Shown here piece by piece: positions 61,086-64,000 of a stretch of 64,000 bases of DNA (the first letter of the stretch is position 1; every line of letters begins with the position of its first letter). The DNA comes from Rhynchobatus australiae. Lineage: Eukaryota. The stretch is taken from assembly GCA_034780895.1 (NCBI GenBank), contig JAUZTB010000068.1, positions 21,029,964 to 21,093,963 of the forward strand, given 5' to 3'. The notes beneath the pieces were generated by a model. It saw only the letters and a list, made by a program, of their open reading frames with translations. It was not told where the DNA came from and did not search any database. A program made the position numbers and the translations under genes.

Positions 61086-63140
61086 TTCGACATTTAATAG
61101 GCATTAGTACAAACAAGAACAAGCCTTCAAACTGTTTTCAAATTTAACTCACAAGCAGTAATCGGCTTTGAAATCACATGAACAGCTGCTTGAATGAAGA
61201 CCACTGTCTATGAAGAGAGCAAGCTACCGGTTCATAACTGGAGGCCACGTAAGAGATGTGCTTTGGAAGCTGACCTGATTATGAGACATTCTCATTTGCA
61301 TTGGTGAAAGGTGTTGACAATAGACCCATTTCTGATGCCTACATTGAACCAGGCATCAGGAAGCTTGAAATGAAATATTTTGCCCCATTGTGACAGAGAT
61401 CATGGAGGGTTCCAGAAAGGCTATTTCCCCACTTAGCACATCAAATGTGGTCATTATCATATTTGTTCTGGGTTTTTGCCCTCAAAAACTTTTAGATCAT
61501 CCATTTGAACTACTTTGTCCCAACAAAGGCGTTTGAATATTAAGGGTTGTTCTTGTCAGTTAAGATTTGTGTTGGACGGATTTGTGTGTTTGGCTTGCAC
61601 CCTGAATCTGGCTTTCCTGTGGGGCCCAGTTGCCTTCTTAATTACAGCTCAGACTGGGAAAGCACTCAAGGAAAATCTCACACAGCAGTGGTGAGTTTCT
61701 TGAACGAGTCAATTTATTTGGGCCCTGTCACATTGTACCTTGGGGAGCACTTTGAGTGAGAGCTCAAAGATATTCCACTGACCCAAAAAACTTCCAGCAA
61801 TTGATAGTATTTGTGTTACAGTAGTTACATGTGGATTCTACATAATTTTCCAGGTACTTACATTTCTTTGTAGTATTTGATTGTTCTTTATCTCTGCGGG
61901 AGTTGCCTCTATCTACATGTCAGCCACTTTCCCCATGCTCTCTCTAAATGGGTGCTTTAATTTATGGTCTTGTTTTTCNNNNNNNNNNNNNNNNNNNNNN
62001 NNNNNCTCTTCTGCACTTAGTCTGTATTCCAACCTCCATATGTTTATCTTTGCTCTAACTAGCTATGCCTTGCGATCTAAACACTTCCCTAATCTAACTT
62101 CTAACGTGACCTTTAAGCTACCTTCACTCTTGGCTTAATTTCCCATAGCCTATTTTCCAGTTTGTATGGCACCTAGGTTGACCATATTACAAACGCTCAC
62201 AATTTTCTTATGATTCCCAGAGATTCTTTCTTCAATGTGTTTCTATTTTAAATATGTGATTCTATGAAACCATTTATCTACACCCAAAATACTGAAGTAA
62301 ACTATGCAATTATTACTACTGAAACTGTATTTCATCACCTGCTGTTTTCTATGTACATAAACAGTATAAAAACTTAATATACTTTGAGTTCAGAGAGATT
62401 CTACAAAGAGATTCTCCCAGGAGATTCTTCCACATGTCTCCTCTGCAGGTCTGAATAAAGGCCCGAGACATCTACAGCTCTGGTTTCTAACCTCTTCTGG
62501 AAAGTACTGCAGGATGCTCACTCAAAGTTCCAATGAATAGAACCGCACTTTGAAGACTCCAGTGGCACTCTCCATTGAGCCCCTTGTTAACCTGTGACTG
62601 CAGTGATAATTGGGTTTTCAAGCATGTCCGGAAACTTGACTGGAATGAGAATCCAAGGATGGAGGGGATAACCTTGTCTCACTAGATCCATCTGTCCATT
62701 CCGTGTGGCAGCTGAAATATGGTATGGGGGAGGTGATGGGGAACGATGGATTGTTTCTGCAAGCTGCTTGAATGCATCGTGTTGTCCTTAAAAATATATT
62801 GCTGATGTTGCACAGCTTGGGAGCTCAGGGAATGATAGCCTTTCAGTTGATCAGAGCTCCTGATTCACATGTGAAGCCCAGAGTGTCAAGTGGTGCAGCC
62901 TTTCACCCCTTGAACTTTTGGGAAACCCGCAATCTAAGCCTGGACTGTCTGTTGTTTTGTGCTCAAGGGGAAGGAGATGAGCTCCCCTCTCCCCAAGCAG
63001 GGGCCATTGTGACATTATTTCTGCCCCAATGTGCTGTAATTTAGGAGACAGGACATATTATGCCACCCCTTGAAATAACCAGACCCAAAATGATACAGGT
63101 GATAGTGATCTTCATCTCTAGGGGAGAGCAGTTTAGCCAT

Positions 63141-63510
63141 GTATTGGTATTGGTTTATTATTTTCACTTATACTGAGGTTCGGTGAAAAACTTGTCTTGC
63201 ATAACGATTGTACAGGTCAATTCAGACACAGTGCAGTACAGAGTACATTGAGGTAGTGCAGATAAAAACAATAACAGTACAGAGTAAAGTGTCACAGCTA
63301 CCGAGAAAGCGCAATGCAATAAGGTGCAATGACTGGAACTCTTCCAGTTGAAAGTGACAGATCTNNNNNNNNNNNNNNNNNNNNNNNNNNNNNNNNNNNN
63401 NNNNNNNNNNNNNNNNNNNNNNNNNNNNNNNNNNNNNNNNNNNNNNNNNNNNNNNNNNNNNNNNAAACAATAACAGTACAGAGTAAAGTGTCACAGCTAC
63501 AGAGAAAGCG
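63141..63510 (-). mobile_element. 3' tail of the Rex/L2-type LINE seen at 27806
   Basis: tggtttattatt..cactt..act.aggt.c.gtgaaaaacttgtcttgcata shared with 27812-27865. Confidence 0.7.
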
Positions 63511-64000
63511 CAATGCAATAAGGTGCAATGACTGGAACTCTTCCAGTTGAAAGTGACAGATCTCATTAACCGCTGCCTCAGAAAATCTTCTTTTAAGACC
63601 CACCTGTGACCTTGGCCTCAGCAATAGTCACTCCAGTGAATATGAGTATTGTCTCTTCCTTCTGGGCAATTTACAGAGTCACATTGCATGGAAACAGGCC
63701 ATATGACCCACTATGTCTGTGCTGAAAAGTGGACACCCATCTGTATTAATCCCATCTTCCAGCATTTGGCCTGTTGCCTTCAATGCCAAGGCAATTCAAA
63801 TGATCATCTAAACATTTCTTAAGTGGACTTTGCTTCCACCAGTGCTTTCCAGGTACTCGCCACTCTTCCAGGCACATGATGAAAAAGAGACACTGAATGA
63901 TACAGATTTTCTAACCGCTGCATTCACTTTGGACTGAGCTGATGTGTGAAATAAGATAGGGAGGGAGAGCAGGTGGAATAGGAAGGAGAGAGGTCTGCGA

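Noticed and set aside
58700-64000. Possible FUCA1, ELOA, GALE or other coding exons upstream of HMGCL, including ORF 60278-60559
   Set aside because: No recognisable motifs. ORF 60278-60559 looks more like a decayed RTE LINE fragment. A small exon or lncRNA cannot be excluded.

Overview
Vertebrate genomic DNA from a gapped assembly, with many N blocks. The repeat content (CR1, Penelope, RTE and Rex/L2 LINEs; V-SINE and Deu-SINE-like elements; solo LTRs) suggests a cartilaginous fish, which is an inference. Three spliced protein-coding genes lie in tandem on the minus strand, each with a CpG-rich promoter. HMGCL runs from ATG 55922 to stop 32886; most of exon 7 is in an N gap, exon 8 is not visible, and one intron is GC-AG. 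PITHD1 runs 30187 to 22104 (6 exons, 208 aa, complete). LYPLA2/APT2 runs 13680 to 1934 (9 coding exons, 231 aa, complete). Main finding: a fourth promoter-like island 2.7 kb upstream of HMGCL carries a perfect ISRE fused to an E-box palindrome, a CRE and a mini-exon (MEAICPQ, phase-0 CAG|GTGAGT donor). Spliced to exon 2, it would give an HMG-CoA lyase without the mitochondrial presequence but with the C-terminal CKL peroxisomal signal. This is a candidate interferon-inducible extra-mitochondrial isoform, inferred from sequence only. Also notable: the LYPLA2 protein is focally divergent in the beta-tongue and near the catalytic Asp/His, and two same-family solo LTRs bracket PITHD1 exons 2-6. 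Gene identities and comparisons to human proteins come from manual translation and recalled sequences, not database searches. Repeat boundaries are approximate unless TSDs are quoted.
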